NCBI GenBank assembly: GCA_965208105.1
Contig: OZ242318.1
Span: 1,504,001-1,568,000 of the forward strand
Length of the DNA stretch: 64,000 bases
Source of the DNA: Candidatus Latescibacterota bacterium
GTDB lineage: Bacteria; Latescibacterota; UBA2968; UBA8231
Reading direction: 5' to 3'
Position numbers and translations under genes: made by a program. The notes beneath the pieces are model-generated. The model was not told the DNA's origin, did no database searches, and worked only from the letters and a program-made list of their open reading frames with translations. Below, piece by piece: positions 28,646 to 39,152 of the stretch. Position 1 is the first letter of the stretch; every line of letters starts with the position of its first letter.

Positions 28646-30487
28646 ATGATCGAGACCATTCTCGCCCTCGCCCTGATCCTGATCGCCCTCCTCGTCTTCC
28701 TGTGGAAACGGTCCGGTCCGGACCCGGGCCTGGACCTTTCCTACGACCCTTCCGAGGGTGAGAGATCTCCTCATCGCTGGGGCTACGGCGATACGAAATT
28801 CGAGTTCGACGGTCCCCGCAGCGTAAGGATGAGAGGCAGCCGCTACCCGCTCGCCGGCTACAACATGCCCTATTTCATCCCCTTTGCCGAGGAAGTCCTG
28901 GGAGTGGAGATCCGCCCCCAGGGCATCAGTGCGGAAAACGACGAAAAGCCCGTGGCCGAGCCGAGGGTGAACGAGGAGTTTTTCGCCGCCGTGCAGGCCA
29001 GCTTCGGCGTCGACCAGGTCTCCCTCGATCCCGGGGAAAGACTGGTCCACAGCCACGGCCAGGTCAGCGTTGACGAGGTCTACCGGGTCCTCTACGGCGA
29101 GCCGTTGCAGCGCACCGTCGATCTGGTGCTCTACCCACAGGGGGAAGAGGAGGTGCGCACCATCGTCCGGCTGGCCAACCGGCACGATGTCTGCCTGGTG
29201 CCATACGGCGGCGGCACCAATGTGAGCGGCGCCCTTTCCTGCCCGCCAGGAGAGCAGCGAACCATCGTCTCGGTGGACATGCGCAGGATGGGCCGCGTTC
29301 TCTGGATGGACGAGGCCAACCTGCAGGCCTGCATAGAAGCCGGCATCTCCGGCAAGCAGATGGAGCTGGAGCTCAATGCCAGGGGATACACCTCGGGCCA
29401 CGACCCCGACAGCATCGAGTTTTCGACCCTGGGAGGCTGGATCTCGACCAACGCCAGCGGAATGAAGAAGAACAAGTACGGCAACATCGAAGACATCGTC
29501 CTCGAGGCCACCCTGGTCACTCCCACCGGAGACATCGAGGCAAGGAAGGCGACGCCGAGAAACTCCACCGGGGTGCAGCCCCGGGTCTTCCTCTTCGGCA
29601 GCGAGGGCAATTTCGGCATCATCACCAAGGCCATCGTCAAGATCCATCCGCTCCCGCAGGTGCGCCGCTACGGCCTTCTCATCTTCCCCTCCCTCGAGAG
29701 GGGCGTCAGCTTCCTGAAGGAGCTGCGCCGCGAGGAAGTCCTGCCGGCCAGCATCCGCCTGTTGGACAACGCCCAGTTCAGGTTCGGGCAGGCGCTCAAA
29801 CCTGCGCCGGGGTTCTTCAAGGGCATGGTGCAGGGAGGGCAGAAATTCCTGCTGCTGAAGATCCTCGGCTTCAAGCCCCTGGAAATGGCGGCCTGCACCT
29901 TGGTCATGGAAGGCTCCACAAGGGAGGTCCGCCATCAGAAGAAAGCCATCTTCAAGACCGCCAGGAAGCACGGCGGGGTCAGCGGGGGCGCCGCCAACGG
30001 CCGGCGGGGCTATATGCTCACCTTCGGCATCGCCTACATCAGGGACTTCTTCAACCAGTTTCACATCCTCGGCGAATCTTTCGAGACCTCGGTCCCCTGG
30101 GACCGCATCCTACCCGTTTGCAATGCGGTCGAGAAGAAGCTGGGGGAGCAGTGCCGCGCCTATCAGGTGCCGGGGAAACCGTTTCTTTGCTACAGGGTAA
30201 CCCAGACCTATCACACCGGGGTCTGCATCTACTTCACCCTGGCCATTTGCGGCGAGGGCCTGGAGAAACCCGACGCAGTATTTCACCATATCGAGCACAG
30301 TCTCAGGCAAACCATCCTCGACCACGGCGGCTCCCTTTCCCATCATCACGGGGTCGGCAAGATCCGCCGCGATTTCCTGCCCCAGGTACAGACCGACAAC
30401 AGCCTCCAGGTTATGCGCCAGGCCAAGAAAGCCATGGACCCCAACAACGTCTTCGCCATCGGCAACGGCCCCTTCGGCGATTCCTGA
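28646..30487 (+). CDS. Alkyl-dihydroxyacetonephosphate synthase (AGPS)-like FAD oxidoreductase with N-terminal TM anchor
   Basis: WGYGDTKF, RYPLAG, PYGGGTNVS, GHDPDSIEFSTLGGWISTNASGMKKNKYGNIED, RVTQTY.TG.CIYF and SLSHHHGVGK. Confidence 0.85.
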   Translation: MIETILALALILIALLVFLWKRSGPDPGLDLSYDPSEGERSPHRWGYGDTKFEFDGPRSVRMRGSRYPLAGYNMPYFIPFAEEVLGVEIRPQGISAENDEKPVAEPRVNEEFFAAVQASFGVDQVSLDPGERLVHSHGQVSVDEVYRVLYGEPLQRTVDLVLYPQGEEEVRTIVRLANRHDVCLVPYGGGTNVSGALSCPPGEQRTIVSVDMRRMGRVLWMDEANLQACIEAGISGKQMELELNARGYTSGHDPDSIEFSTLGGWISTNASGMKKNKYGNIEDIVLEATLVTPTGDIEARKATPRNSTGVQPRVFLFGSEGNFGIITKAIVKIHPLPQVRRYGLLIFPSLERGVSFLKELRREEVLPASIRLLDNAQFRFGQALKPAPGFFKGMVQGGQKFLLLKILGFKPLEMAACTLVMEGSTREVRHQKKAIFKTARKHGGVSGGAANGRRGYMLTFGIAYIRDFFNQFHILGESFETSVPWDRILPVCNAVEKKLGEQCRAYQVPGKPFLCYRVTQTYHTGVCIYFTLAICGEGLEKPDAVFHHIEHSLRQTILDHGGSLSHHHGVGKIRRDFLPQVQTDNSLQVMRQAKKAMDPNNVFAIGNGPFGDS

Positions 30488-30516
30488 ATATTCCTCATTC
30501 GATCACCTTGCTGCCC

Positions 30517-31329
30517 ATGAGCGCGTTTCGCGATAAATCGGTCATCATCACAGGAGCTTCGTCGGGGCTCGGAGCGGCCCTGGCCCTGCAACTCGCGCGC
30601 GGCGGTGCCCGCCTGACGCTCTTCTCTCCCGAAAGAGACCGGCAGCGGGAGGTCGCAGATCTGTGCGAAGAGGCCGGCGGCCGCGCCTTGGCGGTGATCG
30701 GCGACGTCACAAGTCCCGCGGACTGCGAGAGTATGACCGAGCAGGCCGTCTCCCACTTCGGGTCGGTGGATTTCCTGGTTGCCAACGCCGGCATCAGCAT
30801 GTGGGCCAGCTTCCCGGAAATAAAGGACCTGGACATCATTCGCCGGCTGATCGAGGTGAACTATCTCGGCGCCGTGAACTGCGTCCATCACGCCCTTCCA
30901 CATCTGCGGCGAAGCCGGGGAATGATCGTCGCCATCACCTCGATCCAGGGCAAGATCGGCGTGCCCATGCACACCGGCTACGTCGCCTCCAAGCATGCCC
31001 TGCAAGGTTTTTGCGAAGCTCTCAGGATGGAGCTCGAGGACAGCGGCGTCGACGTACTCACCGTGCTGCCCCACTGGCTGCGGGGCACCGAGCTCAGAAA
31101 GCACGCGCTGGGGAAGGACGGCAGGGAGCTGGGGACCTCCTCCCGGAAGCACAGCCGGGAATCGGTCTCCATCGAGGCCGCCTGCGAAGCCATCCTCGTG
31201 GCGATGCGCAAGCGCCGCCGCGAGCTGGTCATTCCCTGGAAGCTCAAGCTCCTCCTGGGGCTCAACCTGTTCTGTCCCGGGATGGCCGAAAGCATCATCA
31301 CCTCGGCCATGAAGAAGCAGGACAGGTAG
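30517..31329 (+). CDS. SDR oxidoreductase, DHRS7B/11beta-HSD-like subfamily
   Basis: ITGASSGLG, NAGISM, EVNYLG and SIQGK...TGYVASKHALQGF.EALRMEL; start ATG 30517. Confidence 0.88.
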   Translation: MSAFRDKSVIITGASSGLGAALALQLARGGARLTLFSPERDRQREVADLCEEAGGRALAVIGDVTSPADCESMTEQAVSHFGSVDFLVANAGISMWASFPEIKDLDIIRRLIEVNYLGAVNCVHHALPHLRRSRGMIVAITSIQGKIGVPMHTGYVASKHALQGFCEALRMELEDSGVDVLTVLPHWLRGTELRKHALGKDGRELGTSSRKHSRESVSIEAACEAILVAMRKRRRELVIPWKLKLLLGLNLFCPGMAESIITSAMKKQDR

Positions 31330-31516
31330 GGCGATGCAACCGCCCTTCCAGACCTCCGGCCCCGCCTCCACCCGCAGTTCCCCCGCTCATTTCTTGACAC
31401 CAGCAACCGCCTGGTATTAAGTACTAAAGAGTTGCAGAATCCTGGTTGCGGAGCCGCCAAATGCCCGTGGACCGGGGTAAATCCGGAAAACCTCAATCTC
31501 GCGGGAGACCTGAACC

Positions 31517-32305
31517 ATGACCCCAGAACAACGCTACATGTTCGATTTGACCGGCTACCTCCACCTCGAGAACGTGCTCAGCGAGGAAGAGCTGAAAAAC
31601 GCCCAGGAGGCCACCGAGCGCCACCTCAATACTCCGGAGGAAGAGCTGCCCCCGGGATTCGGCATCGATGGCAGGCGCTACCTGCACGGATTCGCCTTCG
31701 ACAAATGCCTGGAAGCCCTGACCATGCATCCGGCCACCTGGCCCATCATCAAGGAACTGACCAACGACAAGCCGCGTTTCGGCAGCGGTACTCTCACCGC
31801 CGACCTTCCCGGAGAGGTCACGGGGGGCGGGCTGCACTGCGCCCGCGAGGACTACGGCTGGGAAAGCACGCGCTACGAGTGCCGCGACGGCCGCATCTAC
31901 TGCGACGACTTCGTCGTGTTCCCCTATTTGGACGACGTCAATCCGGGCGACGGGGGCCTGGTGGTGGTCCCGGGCTCTCACAAGGCCAATTTCCACCGCC
32001 CCCGCGAGCTCTTCAATCTTGACGACTTCGGCAACGGAACCCAGCCGGCCATCGTCAACGTCACCCCGAAGGCCGGCGACGTGGTCATCATGCCCGAACT
32101 GCTCACCCACGGCATCCTGCCCTGGACTCCCGGGGACAGGATGCGCCGCATCCTTATTCTGCGCTACGTGCCCCAGCACAAGGGAAGCGAGAATTTTTCC
32201 GCCGAAATCAAGGCGCGCCTGTCGCCGGAGACCCTGGAACTGATCGAGACCGCACACTTCACCCACGTCAAGGAAATCGTCGGGAAGGGCCGGGCGGCTG
32301 CCTGA
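31517..32305 (+). CDS. PhyH-family Fe(II)/2-oxoglutarate oxygenase (HxA variant)
   Basis: FDLTGYL, LHCARE, GGLVVVPGSHK, AGDVVI...LTHG and RR. Confidence 0.88.
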   Translation: MTPEQRYMFDLTGYLHLENVLSEEELKNAQEATERHLNTPEEELPPGFGIDGRRYLHGFAFDKCLEALTMHPATWPIIKELTNDKPRFGSGTLTADLPGEVTGGGLHCAREDYGWESTRYECRDGRIYCDDFVVFPYLDDVNPGDGGLVVVPGSHKANFHRPRELFNLDDFGNGTQPAIVNVTPKAGDVVIMPELLTHGILPWTPGDRMRRILILRYVPQHKGSENFSAEIKARLSPETLELIETAHFTHVKEIVGKGRAAA

Positions 32306-32321
32306 AGGAGGAAATGGCTTC

Positions 32322-33158
32322 ATGAACGAATCGAAAAGCGATGCGAGATACACCATGGGACGCACCCGGGGCGAGGAAGAGCGCCTGATTCAGCAGTCGC
32401 AGCTCTACGACGCGGTGACCCGGCGTTTCCTCACCGAGGCGGGCCTCGGCAGCGGAATGAAGGTTGTGGATATCGGCTGCGGACCCGGGGATGTCTCCCT
32501 GACGGCCGCCGAGCTGGTCGGCGAGGAAGGATCGGTAGTGGGGGTAGACGTCAACCCGGCGATTCTCGAGACGGCGCGGGCGCGGGCGCGGGAAGCCGGG
32601 TTCGCCAACGTCGAATTCATCGCGGGGGACGCGCGCACCCTGGACCTCGGCGGCGACTTCGACGCCCTGGTCGGCCGCCTGGTCCTGATGTACATGGCCG
32701 ATCCGGCCGCCGCCGTGAAGCAGCTTGCCACCCTCCTGCGCCCGGGAGGAATCGTAGCCTTCCAGGAGGCAGACTTCACCCCCTACCGGCAGATGCACCG
32801 TCCGGATACGCCGGTGGCAAACAAGCTGATCGATTGGGCGCTCGGAGTGTTCGAGCGTTCCGGAGTACACATCGGTATGGGCTTCGACCTCTACCGCACC
32901 TTCGTCGACGCCGGTCTGCCCGAGCCCAGCATGAATTTCGAGTCTCCGGTCGGCGGCCCGCAGTCGTGGGCCGGGTACCCATTCGTCGCCAACAGCTTTC
33001 GCAGCATGCTCCCGCTCATAGTCGAGTACGGGATCGCCACGGAGGAGGAGGTCGGGTTGGAGACCCTGGCCGAGCGCGTGCGGCAGGAGGTGGTGACGGC
33101 GAAACGCCCGTTCGCCCTGCCCCCACACGTGACCGCCTGGGCCCAAATACCCGCCTGA
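32322..33158 (+). CDS. Class I SAM-dependent methyltransferase
   Basis: VVDIGCGPG, VVGVD and LRPGG. Confidence 0.9.
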   Translation: MNESKSDARYTMGRTRGEEERLIQQSQLYDAVTRRFLTEAGLGSGMKVVDIGCGPGDVSLTAAELVGEEGSVVGVDVNPAILETARARAREAGFANVEFIAGDARTLDLGGDFDALVGRLVLMYMADPAAAVKQLATLLRPGGIVAFQEADFTPYRQMHRPDTPVANKLIDWALGVFERSGVHIGMGFDLYRTFVDAGLPEPSMNFESPVGGPQSWAGYPFVANSFRSMLPLIVEYGIATEEEVGLETLAERVRQEVVTAKRPFALPPHVTAWAQIPA

Positions 33159-33198
33159 TCCCCGGCATGTCATATTCCCGGAGGCGATACTACCCGCA

Positions 33199-34092
33199 AT
33201 GCCCAGGACCTTGCTGACAGCCGCCATCCTGCTGATGGCCCTGGCGGCGGCGCGCGCCGAGGAATCCCTGCTGGACGAGGAGGGCGAGCTCAGCGTCCAG
33301 CTCCCCAAGGGCGAGACCATGAAGTTCGTGTGGATCGAGCCTGGGACCTTCCTGATGGGGGCGACGAAGGACGAGGTGAGTCCGACCTCGGACGAGCTGC
33401 CGCAGCACGAGGTGACCATCTCCAGCGGGTTCTTTCTGGCAAAACACGAGCTGACCCAGGAACAGTGGGCGAGCCTGATGGATACCAGGCCCTGGAGAGA
33501 CCAACGCTTCGCCCGGGACTGGCGCTCCTATCCCGCGGTCTACATCTCCTGGGAGGATGTGATGGAGTTCATCGACCAGATGAACGAGTGGGCGGGTGCG
33601 GATATCTACCGGCTTCCCACCGAGGCCGAGTGGGAATACGCCGCCCGCGCCGGTTCGACGGACCCCTGGTCGTTCGGAGACCGCCTGAGAGACCTGATCA
33701 GATACGCCTGGTTCGACAGCAACGCATGGCGGGCGGGCAACCAGTTCGGCCATCCGGTCGGCCTTCTGATGCCCAATTCCTGGGGACTGTACGACATGCA
33801 CGGAAATGTGTGGGAGTGGGTGCAGGACTGGTACGGGGACTATGGCGAGGCCCCGCAGGTGGATCCACCGGGACCCGCGGCGGGAACTCTCCGCGTCACC
33901 CGCGGGGGCGGCTTCACCGACGGCTACGAGGACCAGCGCTCGGCCTCCCGCAGTGCGAACCTGCCGGTGGATCGCTTCAGCAACGTGGGCGCCCGGATCC
34001 TGATGGTGGATGCGCCCACGGCGGTGAAGCTCGACAGCTGGGGGCGGATCAAGTCCAGGGCGAAGGGATCCGACTCTCCTGCCCGAGATTGA
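33199..34092 (+). CDS. Secreted FGE-sulfatase (SUMF1)-domain protein with C-terminal SWGRIK motif
   Basis: Signal peptide; RLPTEAEWEYAARAG, PNSWGLYDMHGNVWEW and RVTRGG. Confidence 0.9.
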   Translation: MPRTLLTAAILLMALAAARAEESLLDEEGELSVQLPKGETMKFVWIEPGTFLMGATKDEVSPTSDELPQHEVTISSGFFLAKHELTQEQWASLMDTRPWRDQRFARDWRSYPAVYISWEDVMEFIDQMNEWAGADIYRLPTEAEWEYAARAGSTDPWSFGDRLRDLIRYAWFDSNAWRAGNQFGHPVGLLMPNSWGLYDMHGNVWEWVQDWYGDYGEAPQVDPPGPAAGTLRVTRGGGFTDGYEDQRSASRSANLPVDRFSNVGARILMVDAPTAVKLDSWGRIKSRAKGSDSPARD

Positions 34093-34110
34093 CAGCCTTC
34101 AGTGGTCCTT

Positions 34111-34335
34111 TCACCCCATCCGGTTGTCCAAGGCATCCGCCCGCGCCGCGGAAGCCAGGACCTCCTCGCGCAGGTCGGCGGGCAGATCGGAGAAATCCAC
34201 CCTGCTGCAGCGAGACGGTATGGGCTTCGGGCCGCTGACCCAGCGGTCCCCCTGCCGGTGCCAGTGGAGCCCCAGGGACTGGGAGGGCAGGCGGATGAAG
34301 TATCCCGTATCGTCTGCGTATATTTCCAGGTTCAT
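34111..34335 (-). CDS. Small hypothetical protein (about 74 aa)
   Basis: Fills the intergenic gap with plausible protein composition; no recognised motif. Confidence 0.45.
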   Translation of the reverse strand: MNLEIYADDTGYFIRLPSQSLGLHWHRQGDRWVSGPKPIPSRCSRVDFSDLPADLREEVLASAARADALDNRMG

Positions 34336-34478
34336 TCTGATTCCACTCGGAGTTGCGCTGCCTCTTCGGTTCAGTTCAAGATAGGCGCGCGGCCGGATCC
34401 GTTCAAGCTGATGCATACCCGGGATGCTCCCGGGTCAACCGCCATCCCTCCCCGTTCTTCCCGCCGGAGTTCCCTCCG

Positions 34479-36164
34479 ATGAATATCCATCCCCCGGGCC
34501 TCAGCCTTGGACCCCTCCGGGAGGAGTTCGAACGCCACCTGGCCGCCCTCGAGGAGGAGCGCGCCATGGAGCGCATTTGGGACCGGGACCACACCCTGTG
34601 GAAAGAGGATCCGGGCGAGATAGCCGACCGCCTTGGCTGGCTCCGCTGCCCGGCGGCCATGGCGGACCGCCTGCCCGAAATCGCCGCTTTCGCGGGCGCG
34701 GTGCGCGCCGCCGGACACACCCGGGCCCTGCTGCTCGGCATGGGAGGCTCCAGCCTGGCCGCCGAGGTCCTGCGCTCCACCTTCGGCGTCCGCGAGGGCT
34801 ATCTCAACCTGCGGGTGCTGGACAGCACCAACCCGGACGCGGTGCGCGCCACCGCCCGGGAGCTGGACCCGGCCACCACCCTGTTCATAGCGGCCACCAA
34901 GTCGGGCTCGACGGTCGAGACCATTTCCCTGCTGAAATACTTCTACCGGCGCACGGCCGCCGCATTGGGGGCGGAGGCCGCCGGGGCCCACTTCGCGGCC
35001 ATCACCGACCCGGGCAGCGGCCTCGCCGATATGGGCGCGGAGCTCGGTTTCCGCCACATCTTCCTCAACGATCCCGAAATCGGCGGGCGCTACTCCGCCC
35101 TCTCCTGCTTCGGTCTCGTTCCCGCCGCCCTGATCGGGGTGGACCTGGAGGGTCTGCTGCGCCGCGCCGCAGACGCCGCCGCTCCAGGGTGCACCACCGG
35201 CCTCCTGCTCGGCGCCGCCCTGGGGGCGGGGGCACGCTGCGGCCGCGACAAGCTCACCCTGGTATGCTCCCCTTCCATCGCCGGTCTCGGCGCCTGGATC
35301 GAGCAGTTGGTGGCCGAGAGCACGGGCAAGGAGGGCAGGGGCATCCTGCCGGTGGAAGGAGAAGAACCGGGGCCGCCGGGGGCCTACGGCAAGGACCGCC
35401 TGTTCGTCTACCTGCGCCTGCGCGGCGACCACAGCCGCGATCGGGAGATGGAGGCCCTAATCGCGGCCGGGCATCCCGTGGTCCACCTCGACCTCAACGA
35501 CCCCTGCGACCTGGGCGGCGCCTTCTTCCACTGGGAGATCGCCACCAGCCTGGCCGCCCATTGCCTCCGCGTCAACCCCTTCGACCAGCCCGACGTGGAG
35601 GCCGCCAAGGCCCTTGCCCGCACCATGGTGGATGCCTTCCGGGGGCAGGGCCGCATGCCCTCCCGGGAGCCCGTCTTGGAGGAAGGCGGCCTGACCGTCT
35701 ACGGCGGGGGGCCGGCCTCCTCCCTGGCCGCGGCGGTGCAACACCTTCTCAGCTCGGGCAGGAGGGCCGGCGGCCCAGGCTATATCGCCCTGCAAGCCTA
35801 CCTCTGTCCCGACTCCCGCACCGAGGCCGCTCTCCAGGAGCTGCGCCTGGCCCTGCGCCAGCGCACCCGGCTCGCCGTCACCATTGGCTATGGACCGCGC
35901 TTCCTCCACTCCACCGGCCAGTTGCACAAGGGAGACGCCGGCAAGGGCCTCTTCATCCAGCTCACCTGCGACCCCGCCGCCGACCTCCCCATTCCCGACG
36001 AGCCCCGTGCGGACGCCTCGACCATGAGCTTCGGCGCCCTCCTGGCGGCCCAGGCCATGGGCGACCGCCAGGCCCTGGTGGACGCCGGCCGCCGGGTGCT
36101 GCGCATCCACCTGGGCAAGGACGCCCACGCCGGGCTGCGGCAGGTGCTCCGGGCCCTGCCCTGA
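34479..36164 (+). CDS. pgi: Glucose-6-phosphate isomerase (PGI domain of the transaldolase-PGI fusion type)
   Basis: [53 protein letters not shown] and [14 protein letters not shown]. Confidence 0.88.
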   Translation: MNIHPPGLSLGPLREEFERHLAALEEERAMERIWDRDHTLWKEDPGEIADRLGWLRCPAAMADRLPEIAAFAGAVRAAGHTRALLLGMGGSSLAAEVLRSTFGVREGYLNLRVLDSTNPDAVRATARELDPATTLFIAATKSGSTVETISLLKYFYRRTAAALGAEAAGAHFAAITDPGSGLADMGAELGFRHIFLNDPEIGGRYSALSCFGLVPAALIGVDLEGLLRRAADAAAPGCTTGLLLGAALGAGARCGRDKLTLVCSPSIAGLGAWIEQLVAESTGKEGRGILPVEGEEPGPPGAYGKDRLFVYLRLRGDHSRDREMEALIAAGHPVVHLDLNDPCDLGGAFFHWEIATSLAAHCLRVNPFDQPDVEAAKALARTMVDAFRGQGRMPSREPVLEEGGLTVYGGGPASSLAAAVQHLLSSGRRAGGPGYIALQAYLCPDSRTEAALQELRLALRQRTRLAVTIGYGPRFLHSTGQLHKGDAGKGLFIQLTCDPAADLPIPDEPRADASTMSFGALLAAQAMGDRQALVDAGRRVLRIHLGKDAHAGLRQVLRALP

Positions 36165-36229
36165 CGAGGTGGCATGGGCCGATCCGAGCGGCTATATTGT
36201 GGACAAATTTCGCAAGGAAGAGGACTATC

Positions 36230-37684
36230 ATGAGCGGAGCGGACATCGGCCTCATCGGCCTGGCGGTAATGGGAGAGAACCTGGTCCTGAACATGGCCGG
36301 CCACGGCTTCAAGGTGGCGGTGTACAACCGCACCACATCCAGGGTGGACGCCTTCGTCCAGGGGAGGGGCAGGAGCCGGTCCATCGCCGGCACCCACACG
36401 CCCGAGGAGCTCATCGCCAGCCTCGCCAGGCCGCGGCGCATAATGCTGATGGTCCAGGCCGGAGAGGCGGTCGACCGGGTCATCGACAGCCTGGTACCCC
36501 TGCTTGAGGCGGGGGACATCCTCATCGACGGCGGCAACTCCAACTACGGCGACACCATCCGCCGCACCCGGGACCTTGCCCGCAAGGACATCCTCTTCAT
36601 AGGCACCGGCGTCTCGGGCGGGGAAGAGGGAGCCCTGAAGGGGCCCAGCATCATGCCGGGGGGAAATCCCCGGGCCTGGCCCCACGTGAAGCCCATCTTC
36701 CAGAGCATCGCCGCCAAGGTGGAGGACGGCAGTCCCTGCTGCGACTGGATCGGCTCCGACGGCGCCGGACACTACGTCAAGATGGTGCACAACGGCATCG
36801 AGTACGGAGACATGCAGATGATCTGCGAGGCCTATGCCCTGATGCGCGACGTCCTGGGCATGAGCCCAGGCGAGATGGGCGAGGTCTTCGGCGCCTGGAA
36901 CGAAGGCGAGCTGGAGAGCTACCTGATCGAGATCACCGCCGCCATCCTGGGCCACAGCGACGAAGACAGCGGCCGGCCCATGGTGGACCTGATCCTCGAC
37001 GTGGCCGGGCAGAAGGGCACCGGCAAGTGGACCGGCATCGAGGCCCTGCAACTGGGCGCTCCCACCGCCACCATCACCGAGGCGGTCTTCGCCCGCTGCA
37101 TCTCCGCCATCAAGGAGGAGCGCGTCGCCGCTTCCCAGGTCCTGGAGGGTTCGGGCGCGAAGTTCGAGGGCGACCGCGGCGCCTTCGTCGAGGACGTGCG
37201 CCGCTCCCTCTACGCCTCCAAGATCTGCTCCTACGCCCAGGGATTCCAGCTTCTGAGCATGGCGGCGCGCGAGCACGAGTGGGAGCTGAACTACGGCGGC
37301 ATCGCCCTGATGTGGCGCGGGGGCTGCATCATCCGGGCCCAGTTCCTGGGCCGCATCAAGGAGGCTTTCGACGCCGACCCCCGCCTGGCCAACCTGCTCC
37401 TCGACCCCTACTTCGCCGGGGCCATCGCCGCGAGCCAGGGGTCGTGGCGCCGGGTGGTGGCCACCGCGGTGCGGCTGGGAGTTCCCGTGCCCGCCTTCGG
37501 CAGCGCCCTGGCCTACTACGACAGCTACCGCAGCGCGCAGCTCCCGGCCAACCTGCTGCAGGCCCAGCGCGACTACTTCGGCGCCCACACCTACGAGCGC
37601 GTCGACCGGCCGAGAGGCGAGTTCTTCCACACCAACTGGACCGGGCGCGGCGGCACCACCGCGTCCACTGCCTACAACGTCTAG
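36230..37684 (+). CDS. gnd: 6-phosphogluconate dehydrogenase (NADP, decarboxylating)
   Basis: [40 protein letters not shown] and [12 protein letters not shown]. Confidence 0.98.
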   Translation: MSGADIGLIGLAVMGENLVLNMAGHGFKVAVYNRTTSRVDAFVQGRGRSRSIAGTHTPEELIASLARPRRIMLMVQAGEAVDRVIDSLVPLLEAGDILIDGGNSNYGDTIRRTRDLARKDILFIGTGVSGGEEGALKGPSIMPGGNPRAWPHVKPIFQSIAAKVEDGSPCCDWIGSDGAGHYVKMVHNGIEYGDMQMICEAYALMRDVLGMSPGEMGEVFGAWNEGELESYLIEITAAILGHSDEDSGRPMVDLILDVAGQKGTGKWTGIEALQLGAPTATITEAVFARCISAIKEERVAASQVLEGSGAKFEGDRGAFVEDVRRSLYASKICSYAQGFQLLSMAAREHEWELNYGGIALMWRGGCIIRAQFLGRIKEAFDADPRLANLLLDPYFAGAIAASQGSWRRVVATAVRLGVPVPAFGSALAYYDSYRSAQLPANLLQAQRDYFGAHTYERVDRPRGEFFHTNWTGRGGTTASTAYNV

Positions 37685-37830
37685 GGAAGCCTGGTCGATC
37701 TCGCGGACAAATGGACGCCGACGACGCGTGTCCATAAAAGTCCAGAAGCAACCAGCCGGCTCTCCGCATCTCGTTCTATCGCATACAACCGCGTCGATGG
37801 GGCAGTCAGGATACAATAGGAGTCCTGCAC

Positions 37831-38979
37831 ATGGAAACTAAGAAGGGGCCTGTCATCGAGTCGGAGCTCATTCGATGGCTCGTTGTCATCGTGTCAGTAT
37901 ACGTTCTGCTCGTAGCTGTTGGCCTGATCGGCAAGGGCTTTCGTCTGGAATTCGGCGATAAGGAAGGGGTCGCATCCCTGTTCGCGCTTGGGACGAACCC
38001 GTTCGTCGGCCTGGTGCTGGGCATACTGGCGACGGCGTTGCTCCAGTCTTCGAGCACCGTCACCTCCATCATCGTTGGTCTTGTGGCGGGGGGAATGCCA
38101 ATTGCCATGGCCATCCCCATGATCATGGGGGCGAACGTCGGGACGACAATCACCAACACGATTGTCAGCTTCGGTCACGTCGGGCGATCCGACGAGTTCA
38201 GGAAGGCTTTTGCCGCCGCCACGGTACACGATTTCTTCAATGTTCTGAGCATCGTGATTTTTCTGCCGCTGGAGCTCGCGTTCGGCCTCCTTGAAAAACT
38301 GAGCGCCGAGTTGACCCACATTATCGAGAACATGGGAACGGTCGATGCAAGCGGAAAGGGCATCGTGAAGATTGTCGTCGGTTTCGGGACCGGGCTTGTC
38401 GAGTCGCTGTTGTCCTGGCTCCCCGACGTGTGGGCGGGGCTGGTTCTGATCGTTGTGGGAATCGCGCTAATTCTGCTCTCGATCATGTACCTGGGGATTG
38501 CACTGAAGAGCGTGTTCGTGGGCAAGGCGCAGAGGCTCCTGCAGGCGGCAGTCGGCAAGGGTCCCGTCACGGGCATATTTTCCGGCACCCTGGTTACGGT
38601 GCTGGTGCAGTCGTCCTCTACAACCACCAGCCTTATCGTACCTCTGGCGGGGTCGGGGGTGATCGGGCTTCGTCACGTCTTCCCTTTCACACTCGGGGCA
38701 AACATCGGTACGACGATCACCGCGCTTCTCGCCGCTACCGCGATCACGGGCCCTACCCATGCCGTTGCGCACCAGATCGCGATCGCGCATTTTCTCTACA
38801 ATCTGGTGGGTGTAATCGTCATCTACGGCATCCCCTGGCTGCGGGAGGTTCCGATCACCGGCGCCGAGTGGCTTGCGCGGCTGGGCAGCGAACGGAAATG
38901 GTTGGCCATCCTCTATATCATCCTTGCCTTCTTCGGCATTCCGGCAGCGCTCGTGTTTGCCAACGCGTGGCTGTCCTGA
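37831..38979 (+). CDS. nptA: Na+/phosphate cotransporter (NptA/SLC34 type)
   Basis: Two QSSS repeats, two GAN(V/I)GTTIT motifs and AATVHDFFN. Confidence 0.9.
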   Translation: METKKGPVIESELIRWLVVIVSVYVLLVAVGLIGKGFRLEFGDKEGVASLFALGTNPFVGLVLGILATALLQSSSTVTSIIVGLVAGGMPIAMAIPMIMGANVGTTITNTIVSFGHVGRSDEFRKAFAAATVHDFFNVLSIVIFLPLELAFGLLEKLSAELTHIIENMGTVDASGKGIVKIVVGFGTGLVESLLSWLPDVWAGLVLIVVGIALILLSIMYLGIALKSVFVGKAQRLLQAAVGKGPVTGIFSGTLVTVLVQSSSTTTSLIVPLAGSGVIGLRHVFPFTLGANIGTTITALLAATAITGPTHAVAHQIAIAHFLYNLVGVIVIYGIPWLREVPITGAEWLARLGSERKWLAILYIILAFFGIPAALVFANAWLS

Positions 38980-39152
38980 GTGACGGTGGCAATAGAGGCA
39001 CATTGAAAAGCGCAGCAGGCAGCGTGTCCTTGAGGTTTCCGACCGCAGCACCTGCAGCGGCGCTCCGTGCAGGGCGCGGGAGGAGTTGGATGAAAACCCA
39101 GCCTCTCTTTTTTCCGGCCAAGTTCAACCTCTACGGCTGATCCGCGATTCCC

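Noticed and set aside
28348-28761. ORFs 28348-28761 (+) and 28459-28659 (-)
   Set aside because: They overlap the tRNA-Thr gene and are translation artefacts.
34424-36229. Apparent 600-aa N-terminal extension of Gnd (1086-aa ORF)
   Set aside because: Arg/Pro/Gly-rich alternate frame over pgi; the real gnd start is ATG 36230 with its own RBS. The upstream extensions of ORFs 3176, 17697, 30118, 48271 and 54152 were trimmed for the same reason.
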